Of a stretch of 64,000 nucleotides of DNA, positions 12,171 to 24,772 are shown piece by piece. Positions within the stretch are counted from its first letter, which is position 1. Every line of letters starts with the position of its first letter. The position numbers were made by a program, and so were the translations under genes. Origin of the DNA: Mytilus edulis (taxonomy: Eukaryota); contig NC_092347.1 in NCBI RefSeq assembly GCF_963676685.1, forward strand, positions 70,514,935 through 70,578,934, read 5' to 3'. A model generated the notes under the pieces. That model saw nothing but the letters and a program-made list of their open reading frames with translations, was not told the DNA's origin and ran no database searches.

Positions 12171-12749
12171 TTAAAATAAAATGATAATTGAATGAAATTA
12201 TATATAAATATACTAAATAAATAAATGATTTGGAAAATACATTGAAGGTATAAAAAGTCATGAGAATTCCGAATGCAATTAGGTTATATCCGGGCATTCT
12301 GGTTCTAAACCTTGGTTCCATCTGGGTTTTCTGGTTCTGAACCTTGGTTCTTTGGTTCGAAACCATGGTAACTGGTTCAACATCCGGGTTGTTTGGTTAA
12401 GGCAACCCAACTTCTTGGTTCCATCTGGGTTCTATTCTAGATCATTCTAATGTTCCCGTTGAACACAACAGAAGATAACCGCAAGTCTCCGAATAAAAAG
12501 GTAAAGTAGGTCAAAGACGCTAAAATTATTTTATAACATTAACATTTTTAGCATCGACGGTAAAGGAAGCTATAAGGTATTTATCTTCTCATTTTAATTA
12601 TTTTGATTAGGAAACTAGATAAAAATAAAGCATCGTATAGATTTTTAAAACAAACCGAAGTATACAGTACATCGAACATCCTTTTATTTAATTCAGTCGT
12701 TTTGTTTTGTCTTTTCCCTTTACTCATCCCTGATTTACGTAAATATGTC

Positions 12750-12870
12750 TAGACAGTGGTGGATCCAGAACTTGTCCTAAGGGGGGGCCCGCTCCAGTCA
12801 TACATCAATGATTCCCTATATAATCAACCAAATTTTTCCAACGAAAGGGCCCCCTCCCCTTGATCCGCCT
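12750..12870. repeat. MITE family B copy
   Basis: gtggtggatccagaacttgtcc...ggggggcccgctcc...gggccccctcccc...gatccgcc. Confidence 0.5.
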
Positions 12871-15800
12871 ATGCTAGAAGTTTTAAAACCACCCAATTAG
12901 GACATGTTGTTTATAGTCTTTATATGGCTAACGATGTGTGCATCTAACCACTTGACCAGTTGACAACTTGCATATATATTTGATTGCACATTTATTATCA
13001 AGTTCGACTGAATTTTATTTAATTGCTTTTTAATCATGTCAGATTTGAAAGAAATACATGTGAAGTATATGTAACAAATCCTTTTGATTCAAAACAGAAT
13101 GTTAAAAGACATGTAAAGGAACGTGATGATCAATAAGTTGGTAAGCTTTAATTAGTTGGAAAAAAAGTTATAAAATATAATAAAATGTATAATAATGTAC
13201 AATAAATTTGTCAAATTTGATACTCATTCACTCATTGTGAAAGGCATGCATATAATCATTCGGCCAAAAATAATGAAATCAAAAGTATGATTGAATATTT
13301 TTATAATAAAATTATGTGTACATGTGTTAATGACAGTGCTAGTGGGATGTGTATCACCAGAACAATAGTCAGAACTTCTGTGTTGGTGCCATGCTTTAGG
13401 GGCATAAAAAGTTACATTAGTCCGTCAGTCCCGAACGTCATTAAAAACTGGTTCCGCTCTCCTAACTTTAGTTTGCCTCAACCATATACTACAAAACTTA
13501 TACACAATATATAAATGAAGCTGGTGCATGTGTGCCAATGAGAACTCTCCACAAGAGACTAAATGACACATAAATTAACAATTATACAATGTAGCCTAGG
13601 TCACCACACGGTCTTCAACAATTAGCAAGGTTCATACCGCAGTCAGCTATTAAAGGCACCGACATGACAATGTAAAACAATTCAAACGAGAAAACAAACG
13701 GTCTAATTTATGTACAAATAATAAACGAAAAATAAGATAGGCACGTGCATATAAAATAAGGCGAGGTTAAACATGTTAGCGGGATCCAAACCTCCCCCCC
13801 CCCTTATTTGGCATGAGTGCCAATAAGAACTCTACACAAAAGACCAAATGACACAAACACTAACACCTATAGGTCATATACAGCTTTCAACAATGAGCAA
13901 AGTCAATACCGCATATAGTCAGCAATAAAAGGCACTGAAATGACATTGTAAAACAATATTCAAACGAGAAAATAAACGAACAAATTTATGTACAAAAAAT
14001 GAACGAAAAACAAGTATGTAGCACATAAAAAACGACATTCATTGAATTACAGGCTCCTGACTTACCACAGGCACATACATAACGAATAAGGCGGGGTTGA
14101 ACATGTAAGGGGGATCCCTACCTCAACACAAAATCAAATTTGAAATTTTTAAGTGTCACTTTTACTGTTCAAGAGTTATCATGTCCCTTTAAAAACATAA
14201 GAAGTGTTGACTCTTTCGTTTCCTTTCTCTTAAATAAGTCTGACTCAATCAAATGTTAGGAACCTTATACGCGATTCACATTACCCCATAACACAGATCT
14301 ATTAAGTTCGATATTGGGTCCCGATGGCCTCACTGTTCATGAGTTTTTAGATGTAAAAAGTTGTGGTACGAGTACCAATGATAAAAATGTCAACCCGGAG
14401 CCTTAAGATAGGAAAACTGCTAAATCTATTGTTTCCGTTCTTTAACTTTAATTTGCTTCAACCAATTGCTTTGAAACTTATTGACAATGCTTATGGTCAC
14501 AAAACGGTCAAATAAAGGCGAATCCTGCATCTATATGTGGAAGTTTACTAATTTTTTTCACCAGCAGGGGCATCTGTGGTAAATGGACATATTCTACATT
14601 TAATTCAGTAATCAGCTTATTTACTTCCATTGAATTCTTCTTTTAATAGACTTAACTTGCACATATTTTTTTTCAGGATCTCGGTGCACTTTGGTAACAG
14701 ACAGTGATATTTCAAGTTAAATGTGATCAACTTAACAAAGTGTTTCACTAAATTGAGCTCTCTGTCTAAGTGTACTTTAAAGGTTTTTAGCATTGAGTTC
14801 AGTTTATTGATATGCGTATACCTTCTGGGTGAATTTTTATGATGTAAAAGCAGACTATCCATACCTACATGTCCATGAAATGAAATCTAAGGTAAAATGA
14901 ATGAAACCTTTTTGCATTATTTATCACAACTGGCAGCACACGATGCTACTGAAGCAGAAAATTTGCTTACTTGATATTCTCGAAAATTAAACGATTTAGT
15001 TTCCTCTTAACCAAACATTCTTAAAAATTGAGAATGGGAATGTGGAACTGTGTAAAAGATACAGTTACCATGTCAAAAGAGCAGAAAGCAGTCAACGGCC
15101 TCTAATGGGTCCTCATAGCTGACTATGCGGTATGGGCTTTGCTCATTGTTGAAGGCCGTACGGTACGGTGACCTATAGTTGTTAATGTCTGTGTCATTTT
15201 GGTCTTTTGTGGATAGTTGTCTCATAGGCAATCATACCACATCTTCTTTTTAATATCTTCAACAAAGCGCGAGAAAATCCCTCGCCCAGAGGCGGGCTTC
15301 AGATGGCCCTTAACAAAATGTGTACCAGTTCAAACTCCAAATCATAAAATAAACTTACAATTAAAAACATACAAGACTAACAAAAACCAGAGACTCCTGA
15401 CTTGACGTCAAGGTAATCTAAACGGTAGGATTAGACATTAAAACACTAAAAACTAGGGTTAACCATTAATTTTTTACCCAACCATATGATAGTACTATGG
15501 TAAACTTATAGAAACACATGATACAGTCATAAACTTATTGAATATTTGCAATAGTACGTCCAGAACAATACAAGACCGAGTTGTAAACAAATGAAAGTAA
15601 TGATACATACGAATTTTTAATCCCAATGCACAAATAAGGAACCGTAGTTTTCATTCAATTTATTTATCTAAAATGTACACTTGGGTTAAACAATGGCAAT
15701 TAACACTGTATATTTATATAAACGATCAATCTTGTAAATAAATAAAGGAGATATTAAGTCTACTGTATGTTTTTAAGCTTGTTTGATTTTTGGGATTTTC

Positions 15801-16264
15801 TAAACAACAATTAAAGATCATTAAATGATTAAAAAGATGTGGGATAAACGTCAAATAGACAGCAACCAAACAACACACACATATCTACTGCCGTGTCCTT
15901 AAGTATTATATTTGTTGATCGGGTTATTTCTTTTTGTTTAAATGTTCTTGTAAAGCTTTTAATTAGCTTTGGTGGTAGGATATAGTCTCATATGTCTGTC
16001 ATATCAATTTATTTTTTGTGTTTGAAGAATTAATTCAATGGTATTGTAAATTGGTATGATTGTCAATGAGACAACTCTCCAGTCTCTTTTTTTTCTGTTA
16101 ACTGTTCTTGTATAATGGAAAGAAAACGTAAAATAAACCCGATGAGACAATCAAGACCAATCAAGTATGGATAACCACAGATATGAAACCTGGTAACTAG
16201 ACATAGAAATTGTATATAAAATGCATTTATCTTCGAATTACAATACATATTCACTTTGGTGTTA

Positions 16265-16891
16265 TTAATGTCGGAAGTGTTTTGGCATATTGACCTTTGA
16301 TAACTCTTGAAGATTAGGTGCCGACTGAGTTTTTCGAAGATATTTTATAAGTTTTTGCAGCTTTCTTCCACATTCAGAGGCCGCCAATACATGTGAGCAT
16401 ATGCTTAAAAGTTTGAAATTTTCACAATTGCAAGTGCCCTTCCCGCTTTCTAAAAGACGTACAAAATGTGGATCTTTTCCAGAGGTACTAGCAACCATAA
16501 ACCCGTTTTGGACACCAGGCGCTTTATTTACCAAACCAGAATTAACAAGCGACTCTGCTTTTTTCCAAATCGGCTCATGAATTGTGGGATCAAGATGAGT
16601 ATCTTCTAGTGAAATATATAAACTTTTATGATGTGGTTGTGGGTAAAGAGATGTTCCTGAAGTTCCAGGCTGTTCACCAACGGAAATAGGTATTGATGAC
16701 CTAAATTGCGACGGTTTAAGTGGAGCCTTTAGGAAGGCTGTTATATGCTTGCTGCGGGACGACTCGGAAAGTTTAAACCAAGCATGACTTGGCTGCACGT
16801 GTTCTATGTACTCGGTACGGATCTGATAGGGTCCCATACCAATAATTGCCTTCTCTGTGTCCTTTTTCTGCTCGTCAGCAAGTTCTCGCAT
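16265..16891 (-). CDS. C-terminal fragment with SWIM zinc finger
   Basis: GKGTCNCENFKLLSICSHVLAASE = C-x-C-x10-C-x-H. Confidence 0.5.
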   Translation of the reverse strand: MRELADEQKKDTEKAIIGMGPYQIRTEYIEHVQPSHAWFKLSESSRSKHITAFLKAPLKPSQFRSSIPISVGEQPGTSGTSLYPQPHHKSLYISLEDTHLDPTIHEPIWKKAESLVNSGLVNKAPGVQNGFMVASTSGKDPHFVRLLESGKGTCNCENFKLLSICSHVLAASECGRKLQKLIKYLRKTQSAPNLQELSKVNMPKHFRH

Positions 16892-17039
16892 TTTGGTGCA
16901 GAATACGGTAACTTCGTTTTCTTGGTATAATCCGTCTTTTGTTTTAATCTGTTATTCAAACTTTCGTTCGCATTTGTTGTGTAATGCGAAAAACCGAAAC
17001 CACAACTAATTCTTAATGGAAGTAATAAGCAGTTTTGCA

Positions 17040-17810
17040 CTAGTTTTTTTTATACTTCAAAAACCATGTATAAAACGCTGGCTCCGTCGTTTTTCTCGGT
17101 TCACATTCTCTCAAGTTCCAAATTGGCTTCAATTCCAACAATTTATTTTCGAAGTCAGTGTCAGTTAAATAATCTGCAAGTCCAACGTTTTTATCAAAAA
17201 TATCTTTAACGAACTGGTTTGTATATGGATTATTTATCCCTAATGTATGCAACTTTCTCTCAAGATTTAATCGCACATGACGCTGGCACTGCATATTTTT
17301 GGAAATTGGCATGTACCTACTAAAGCTGTTAAAAATCGAACATTCATCATCTGTTCCTATAAAGAGTGTGTCAGCTAAAGTGTTTCGGAGGGACACAATC
17401 GAAGAGGCAAAGAAATCAAACTTAAAGGCTCTTTCCGTTTTGGTTTGATGAATAAGCACTGGTCCCAAAAACGTGGGACATTCACCTGTTCTGCGATGAA
17501 TTAGCTTTAAATTCTTGTACACAATGGGCGTTACTACGAATTCGCCGAGGTTAAAAGTTGGGTCTATTCCCATAATTGTACACTCTGAGGGATTAGTAAG
17601 AAACATATCCATTTCCATAAGTTGCAAATCTGATGAACAAATACAGCAGAATTCAGGTGCACATTGTACTACTCTAATGTACGGATCTGCAAGTGATTGT
17701 TGGTCCTTGCATGCTTTTATCAGCTGAAACATACTGTCCCTATCCTTTCCGGCAACTGTGCTTTTCTGTGTTTGCTTTACATTGTAAATCTGTTTAGTGT
17801 TTCTCGGCAA
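17040..17810 (-). CDS. MULE transposase core-domain fragment
   Basis: 256-aa ORF with a DxTF...GP.liH...E.F.FF pattern. Confidence 0.45.
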   Translation of the reverse strand: MPRNTKQIYNVKQTQKSTVAGKDRDSMFQLIKACKDQQSLADPYIRVVQCAPEFCCICSSDLQLMEMDMFLTNPSECTIMGIDPTFNLGEFVVTPIVYKNLKLIHRRTGECPTFLGPVLIHQTKTERAFKFDFFASSIVSLRNTLADTLFIGTDDECSIFNSFSRYMPISKNMQCQRHVRLNLERKLHTLGINNPYTNQFVKDIFDKNVGLADYLTDTDFENKLLELKPIWNLRECEPRKTTEPAFYTWFLKYKKN

Positions 17811-17865
17811 TTCGGCAATTCTAAAGGGCTACTGACATGCTTCATACCACCTGCATCTTCAAAAA

Positions 17866-18459
17866 TCACATCGAAAGTTCTTTTGCGCGTTTCCCAGCGT
17901 CAAGATGTTCACCTATATCAGCCAGTACTCGCTTACTTGTACGTACGTACCGCGTGTTTCCCGTCTTTGTGTTACCATGTACATTCGTGAATATAGGAAC
18001 ATTTCCTTCGACTACATACTGTAAAATTGCAAATTTAGTTGGTTTTCCAGCACTGTCATGCAGTTCATACAATCTTCTCTTAAAACCTTTAGTGTTCTTA
18101 CACATCCAATATGTTCTTGTTAGTCTGTAGACAGAATTTCTCATTACTGAAGGTTTTTTCTTTAATACACTTATATTAGATATTTCTCCATCAGAGATAT
18201 GTACAGAGACAAAATAACGCTGGACTCTATTGTTTTTCATGGCCCCTGCCATATGAATCCGTAGGTCGTCTCGATCTTTCAAAGCTAAAGTGTCAATGAC
18301 AAATGTTGACGTCTCAATGCAATCAACTGGTACTGAGGACACATAATCTTCTTTGTCTCCTTTTAGTATAAGTTTACAAGCCACTTTCAAGGTTAGCTGT
18401 TTAGCAAATTGCTCCATGTCTTCCTTTTCCCTAAAACGTGCAATAACTATATAAGTCAT
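17866..18459 (-). CDS. MULE-like protein, N-terminal fragment
   Basis: ORF of 197 aa, in frame 0 relative to the other two. Confidence 0.4.
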   Translation of the reverse strand: MTYIVIARFREKEDMEQFAKQLTLKVACKLILKGDKEDYVSSVPVDCIETSTFVIDTLALKDRDDLRIHMAGAMKNNRVQRYFVSVHISDGEISNISVLKKKPSVMRNSVYRLTRTYWMCKNTKGFKRRLYELHDSAGKPTKFAILQYVVEGNVPIFTNVHGNTKTGNTRYVRTSKRVLADIGEHLDAGKRAKELSM

Positions 18460-21400
18460 GATGAAGCATAAAAACCTACATAAGTTTAACTTTATATAGC
18501 TAAATCACTGCACAAAGCCAAAGCTAAAGAATGAACTACCGTATGACATTTTGAATGCTCTTGGTATCCTCAATAAAATGCATCTTTATAAAGATCTAAT
18601 TGGTCTTCGTATGACGAGTTAAGCCCATTTACAACAGATATTTATTTTTGATAGTTTTCTTTATGTTATACTGTTATAACACTGTCCCAAATCAGAATCA
18701 TGTATTTAGTGGTTGTCGTTTGTTTTGAATGTCATATTTGTTTTTCGTTTTAATTCACAAATCAAGGAGTTATTATTTTTCGTTTCGTTTACTTTACATT
18801 CGTTATTTCGGGGTCTTTTATAGATTATTATGCGGTAAGGGTTTTGCACGTTGTTAAAGGTCAAACACTATCCTATATATGTTATATGTTATTTTGTCGC
18901 TGGTGGAGGATGGTCTCAATAGCAAACATATCATATTTTCTTTTTTAACTTTCAGTAATATGTTGATGGTATCGCAAACTTATTTCGAAGTTGAGCCTAT
19001 TTTATTGATTTTGTTCATGTGCGTCTACCCAATAACACTATTAGATTCAGCTAATGGAGGTCTGGCCTAAGCCAATATAACATCGGGCAAGAATGTGCCA
19101 AAAATATCGCAAGTGTTCGCAGATTGTACATGGGTAGCTGTCAAATTTGGATCTTTGTTCTCGTAGAGTTTAAATACAGTATAATTTATGAAATTGCTAG
19201 TGGAAAAATGTATGTTTTGTTTTAAAGATTGTTACTGTTTTACCTAGATAAAAAGGGGTAGCCAAAAGCTCGAAATTTTGTTTTCGATTCTAGTTCCAAC
19301 ATAAATACGTTTCCTTTTTTTTTTTAATTCTTACAAAATTTTCTTAATTTTTTCATATGCGACCTAGCCTGCAGTTTCTGTTCGAGCTCTCGATTTAACA
19401 GATTTGACCTAGATTATACTTCTTCCCATAGAGAAGGGCTCGAAAGGAGATGGCCCTCGGGAGTTTGGAATTTTTAGATAATTTGCGATGCATTTTCAAT
19501 AGATAGGATTCACGTCAATATTTTAGCAATAATATAAATGTCGACTTGTTAGGTTGATGTCGTGCTGTTTTTAAATGTAAACTATATTCTGCATATATTT
19601 TTTTAAAGTAATGAATCGCTGCTATCATTGCTGAGATCAGTGCTGCTAGATATATTGATCACTGGTTGGGGATTTTTTTCGACAGAATCATCATCACTGT
19701 TACTTTTTTCCATTGCACAAACATTAATAGGATCAGTAATAATGTCCAATGACGGTAAAAAAGAGGAATCAGAATCAATGTATGTACGGTTGCTTGAATA
19801 TTCAGTTTCATGCTTTTTTCCCTCCGAATCTGTCGAAATCAGAATTAAATCTGAATCTGCACAAATAAGCCCTCTCTCTCTCTTTCATCCCCAGACCCGA
19901 ATGATGAAGATGTTTCCACGGTTTCCTGGTCTCCCCTTAAATAAAATGTATATTAGAGTTTCTACATGCATAATTCAGTTCTTTTTTCGCCAACCTTATA
20001 GAACTAGAGGAAGACTAAATAGTATACTGCACCGACTAAATGGTCGATAAAAAAAACTGACCATTACTTGTTACCGAAGTAATAAAACAACAATTGTAGT
20101 TAATGGCAAGAAAAGAGAAAACATTTTTAAAACAAATTCCTATTTGATTACTGATTTTAAATGAGGGAAATGCCAGTATTGGCTCTTACTGTGTTCCATG
20201 CCTCTTTAAGGGATTTACACATGAAAGAAAATGCTGACGGTCGGCACTTAAAGTTAACCACTCATGAGTGCTGAGACCTATACATGCAGCATAAAGCATT
20301 TATCATCCATTTCAAGTGATTTTGACGTCATTGTATCATGCAGTTTGGTTTCCATGGCAACAAAAAATGATTTTTTATTTCGTCAAAAATGGCATTAAGA
20401 AAGCGGCTTGTGGTGTTGTATTACATAGTTACGTATGTCCTTCATCCCATCCATCCTTAACCACCTCCCATTGACCCCGGATCATGCTTTTGGTTTGAAT
20501 ATAACAGAAAGATGAGGTTTTATTACCTATTAAACAACTCTCGACAAACGACTAAATGACACAGAAATTAACAACTGTAGGTTAACCTTCAACAATGAGC
20601 GAAGCCTATACCTCAAAGTCAGCTATGAAAATGACCCGAAATGACAAATGTAAAACAATTCAAACGAGAAAACTAACGGCAAAATTTGAACGAAAAACAA
20701 ATGTGTAACACATTGACAAACGGCATTCATTCAAATACTAGTACAGGCTCCTGGGACAGGCACATACATACAAAATGTGTCGTGGTTAAACATGTAGGCG
20801 GGATCCCAACAACCCCCTAATCTTGGACAGAATGGTAACATAACAGATCATAATAACATAAGACCGAACTATAAAAATCAGTTGAAAAAGGCTTATTCCA
20901 TCAGCTCATTAAGGATGTACACCTCAGAAAAGCCATAAATTTTCTTGAATTAAACATTTTCTTAACCTGGAATTTTGACAAAAAAGACTGACTTGATTAG
21001 TAAAAAATGAAAAAATTATTACTCCATAACTACGTTTTTTCAGAGATCTTTCTTTTGGGATATTTTCCACAAATTTGACAGTATTCCAGATAAGTTTGAC
21101 GCAAAAATTAAGAAATGAAACCCGTAAAATTTATAATCATTGCGTATCGAACACACTGAAAAAGTCCTGGTACTGCAATGAAGTTTATGTCGTTGAATTC
21201 TTGTTTGTTTGTTTCCAAGTATGCAAATGAGTATTGTATTTCTTTGTGCATCATATTTACCTGTTTCAATTGAAAATTTTATCCGCGCTTAGTATTTATC
21301 TCTCTGTGACGTAAAAAAACCAAGGTAAGGATGTTAGCTCTGGTTCCATTAAATTAGTGACGATTATTAAAGGCTTTGACAAATTGTGTACTTTCAAATC

Positions 21401-22614
21401 GGTGTATGAAAAAAAATATCATAACTGAAAGGGTTATTGAGTTTGGATTGATTGCTTTTGAATTTCTTTCCCTCAATGATATGCTTAGAGAAAGATGAAC
21501 CGAGGAAGATGTTATATTACCTAAATTGAAAATGTTTAATAAACAGAAAATGCGTTTCTCTTTCCAATCTTTTACTCCCCCAACCCCACAAGTTTCATTT
21601 TATCTACTGTATTAATTTTTAAGACACGTCCATCTAAATGAAGTCTGGTTGATCTCCAGCTACCTCCCCCCTCCCCAACCCTGTTTTGAAACAAACTTAA
21701 ACATGATCCCCATTAAATTCTCTATAAAAGATATAGGAATAGACTGATATTTAAAAAGTCGTTATAAATTCCATTGAATTTAAAACTAATCAAAATCAGA
21801 TTCATGTTATTCGGATATTTTTAGATACATTTTTTTTTTGGCAGAAATTACCAAAAATTGTTTTAACTTTTTTTCTTACTTTAAAACACTGATTTAAGAT
21901 TTACATTGTACACAAAATATGATGAAATATGTTATGTCCCAGCTTAGATAAAAAAAAAAAAAAAAAAAAGGAATGAGAGACCTCTCTTTTTTCCTATTTT
22001 GAAACTACGATGTTCGTACAAAGTTCAACTTTGTCTTTATTTTAAAGCAGATGGCAGATTCGGTGTTTGGGGCGAATAGGTCGTTCACCCTTGGATTGGA
22101 CAAAGTATCGTGTTTTAGCATAAAATCGTCAATATTGTTTTAGTCTCGCTACATGTACTCGGTTATATTTTTTTTTTTAATTTTCATGATAGAATAACGC
22201 CCCGTTCCAGGAACCGCCACTAAAGGTAAAAATAGATTTGAACTGTGCAGTATATCTGAGGTAGTTAATGCACACCTTTGCTGTGCATTATCCACATTAT
22301 AGCACAGTAAGAACAAAGAGATTTTACCCATGTCATGTGTTAATGTATGTTTATATGCCCTCACTCTATTTCATTTATATTTACACATTTAAGCATGCCT
22401 CTGTAGAAACTTGGCAAATTCTTCTTCCCACATGATTTTGCTTGACGAGTAGATACAATATGAGCCCAAAAAGAAACCCCACTTTGTTTTTAAATGCTTC
22501 ACGCTACACTGACCTGACTTCAAACGGATTAACTGTTAACATTGATCAATACGTCAATCAAGTCTCATATCTACGGTGGCAGAATGCGGCCATGAAAGAA
22601 AAAAAAATTATGTT

Positions 22615-23160
22615 GTTCCCTCAAGATACTATGTCGTTCCCTCAAGATGCTATGTCGTTCCCACAAGATAGTTATCTCGTTCCCTCAAGATACTATGTCA
22701 TTCCCTCAATATAGTTATCTCGTTCCCTCAAGATACTATGTCGTTCCCTCAAGATAGTTATCTCGTTTTCTCAAGATAATTATCTCGTTCCCTCAAGCTA
22801 CTATGTTGTTCCCTCAAGATGTTATGTTGTTCCCTCAAGATTTTATGTCGTTCCCTCAAGATGATATGTCGTTCCCAAAAGATAGTTATCTCGTTCCCTC
22901 AAGATACTATGTCGTTCCCTCAAGATAGTTATCTCGTTCCCTCAAGATAATTATCTCGTTCCCTCAAGATACTATGTCGTTCCCTCAAGATGTTATGTTG
23001 TTCCCTCAAGATACTATGTCGTTCCCTCAAGATGATATGTCGTTCCCACAAGATAGTTATCTCGTTCCCTCAAGATACTATGTCGTTCCCTCAAGATAGT
23101 TATGTCGTTCCCTCAAGATATCATGTCGTTCCCTCAAGATAGTTATCTCGTTCCCTCAAC
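22615..23160 (+). repeat. Tandem array of about 25 units of 21-22 bp (left arm)
   Basis: Repeating gttccctcaagatactatgtc / gttccctcaagatagttatctc. Confidence 0.85.
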
Positions 23161-24411
23161 ATAGCAATACAATTATATTGATTTATTCTTTATTTCCAAC
23201 TTCGAAACGGTGGAGTAAAGACGTGGAGTTACTTTCAATTCACTTTTTTTTTATCAAATGCGGAACAATGCAAGAACTAGAAATTAAGAGCACCGACACG
23301 AAACACGGAAAATAAATAAGGGGAAATACGAAGCACGCACATCGAACCAAACACGAGAAAACGAGAAAGAAAACACCAAATCACGAAAACACGTAAAATG
23401 AAAAGGCCGAAAACGTTGCACGAAAATAACCCTTTACCACCCTCTTAGAAAATAAAATTAAAAATGAGCTACAAAATGTTTTATCATCTCTTATTCCTGG
23501 ATTTCTAATACATTAACCTTACTGTTTGTGTTGTACATGTGCATATGTATGTAATCAGTATCTTCCTTAGATTTAATTTTTAAATGTTAAAAGGGTGGAA
23601 AATAATTCCTTTTCTGTGTATCCATGGCAACATTCCGCATTTATTTACCATAAAATATTGCAAAAAGGGGGTAAACATGCATGTCACATATCCCCCCAAA
23701 ATTTGGATCAAACTAGAATTTCAATGCCTTTGAGTGATACCTTTTTAGACACTGTTTTCATAAATCTTCCTAATGATCAAATAAAAATTGGATGTCTTTC
23801 GCCTAATTTTTTCGTAAAATCTAATCACAAAGTTCGTGCGACAAAAAGTTGGAAAAAAACATTACAAAAATTGCCGGACCAATGTATGGTATGGACAAAC
23901 AAATACGGACTGTCATACAGAAAACAGCCTATATTACATACATCATATGATCTTGATGTTCATATAAACCCAATACGAAGGCTATTTTAATACTCAGCTA
24001 TCCAAAAATGAATTTTATTGCACACTAGCTCTTATATTTGAAAAATCCTCAGGGGCCAAAATGCGAAACTACACATCCAACTGTGGAGTGCTACCTTTAC
24101 TGGGACTCCGGGATCGGGTGTTTTTAAGCTCAGGATTTCGGGATTGACCCTTTCGGATCCGGGAATTCTTTTTTTCGGATTACGGAACGTCGGGATTTAC
24201 TTTATTTAAATTCGTGATTTCGAGATTTCGTGTTTTTAAGCCCGGGATTTCTGGATCAGGACCCCTCCTATCCCCTCTCATTTATTCTCTTTAAATACAG
24301 AATTATTATATCATTATTATTATTATGCAAATATTCTACTTTTGGGATCTGGCCACGTCTACAGTTCCGCTTCGAAGGGCGAAATGAATAATATATCAAT
24401 ACAATTTTAAA

Positions 24412-24772
24412 ATCTTGAGGGAACGAGATAATTATCTTGAGGGAACAACATAGTATCTTGAGGGAACGACATATCATCTTGAGGGAACAACATAACATCT
24501 TGAGGGAACGACATAGTATCTTGAGGGAACGAGATAACTATCTTGATGGAACAACATAACATCTTGAGGGAACGACATAGCATCTTGAGGGAACGAGATA
24601 ACTATCTTGAGGGAACAACATTACATCTTGAGGGAACGACATAGAGTCTTGAGGGAACGAGATAACTATCTTGAGGGAACGACATAGTATCTTGAGGGAA
24701 CGAGATAACTATCTTGTGGGAACGACATAGCATCTTGAGGGAACGACATAGTATCTTGAGGGAACAACATAT
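24412..24772 (-). repeat. Same tandem array in inverted orientation (right arm)
   Basis: Repeating atcttgagggaacgacatagt / atcttgagggaacgagataactatcttgagggaac. Confidence 0.85.

Larger units (their letters stand above)
16265..18459 (-). mobile_element. Mutator-like (MULE) transposase gene with C-terminal SWIM zinc finger, split across three frames
   Basis: Three consecutive minus-strand ORFs (197, 256 and 208 aa) separated by 55- and 148-nt gaps, each in a different frame. The middle ORF has a MULE-domain-like pattern (GIDPTFNLGEFVVTPIVYKN...GPVLIHQTKTERAFKFDFF). The last ORF has CxCxnCxH (GTCNCENFKLLSICSHVLA), a SWIM finger. Confidence 0.55.

Noticed and set aside
19628-20050. 140-aa plus-strand ORF
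   Set aside because: No recognisable domain and low-complexity composition. The opposite strand carries the more plausible acidic open frame.
22442-22714. 90-aa ORF running into MSFPQDAMSFPQD
   Set aside because: It runs into the 21-bp tandem array, so it is a repeat artefact.
23595-23990. 131-aa ORF inside the foldback element
   Set aside because: No similarity to transposases that I can recognise. It is likely a spurious ORF in a non-autonomous element.
22615-24772. CRISPR-like regular repeats
   Set aside because: The units are contiguous tandem repeats without spacers, and they occur as two inverted arrays forming transposon arms.
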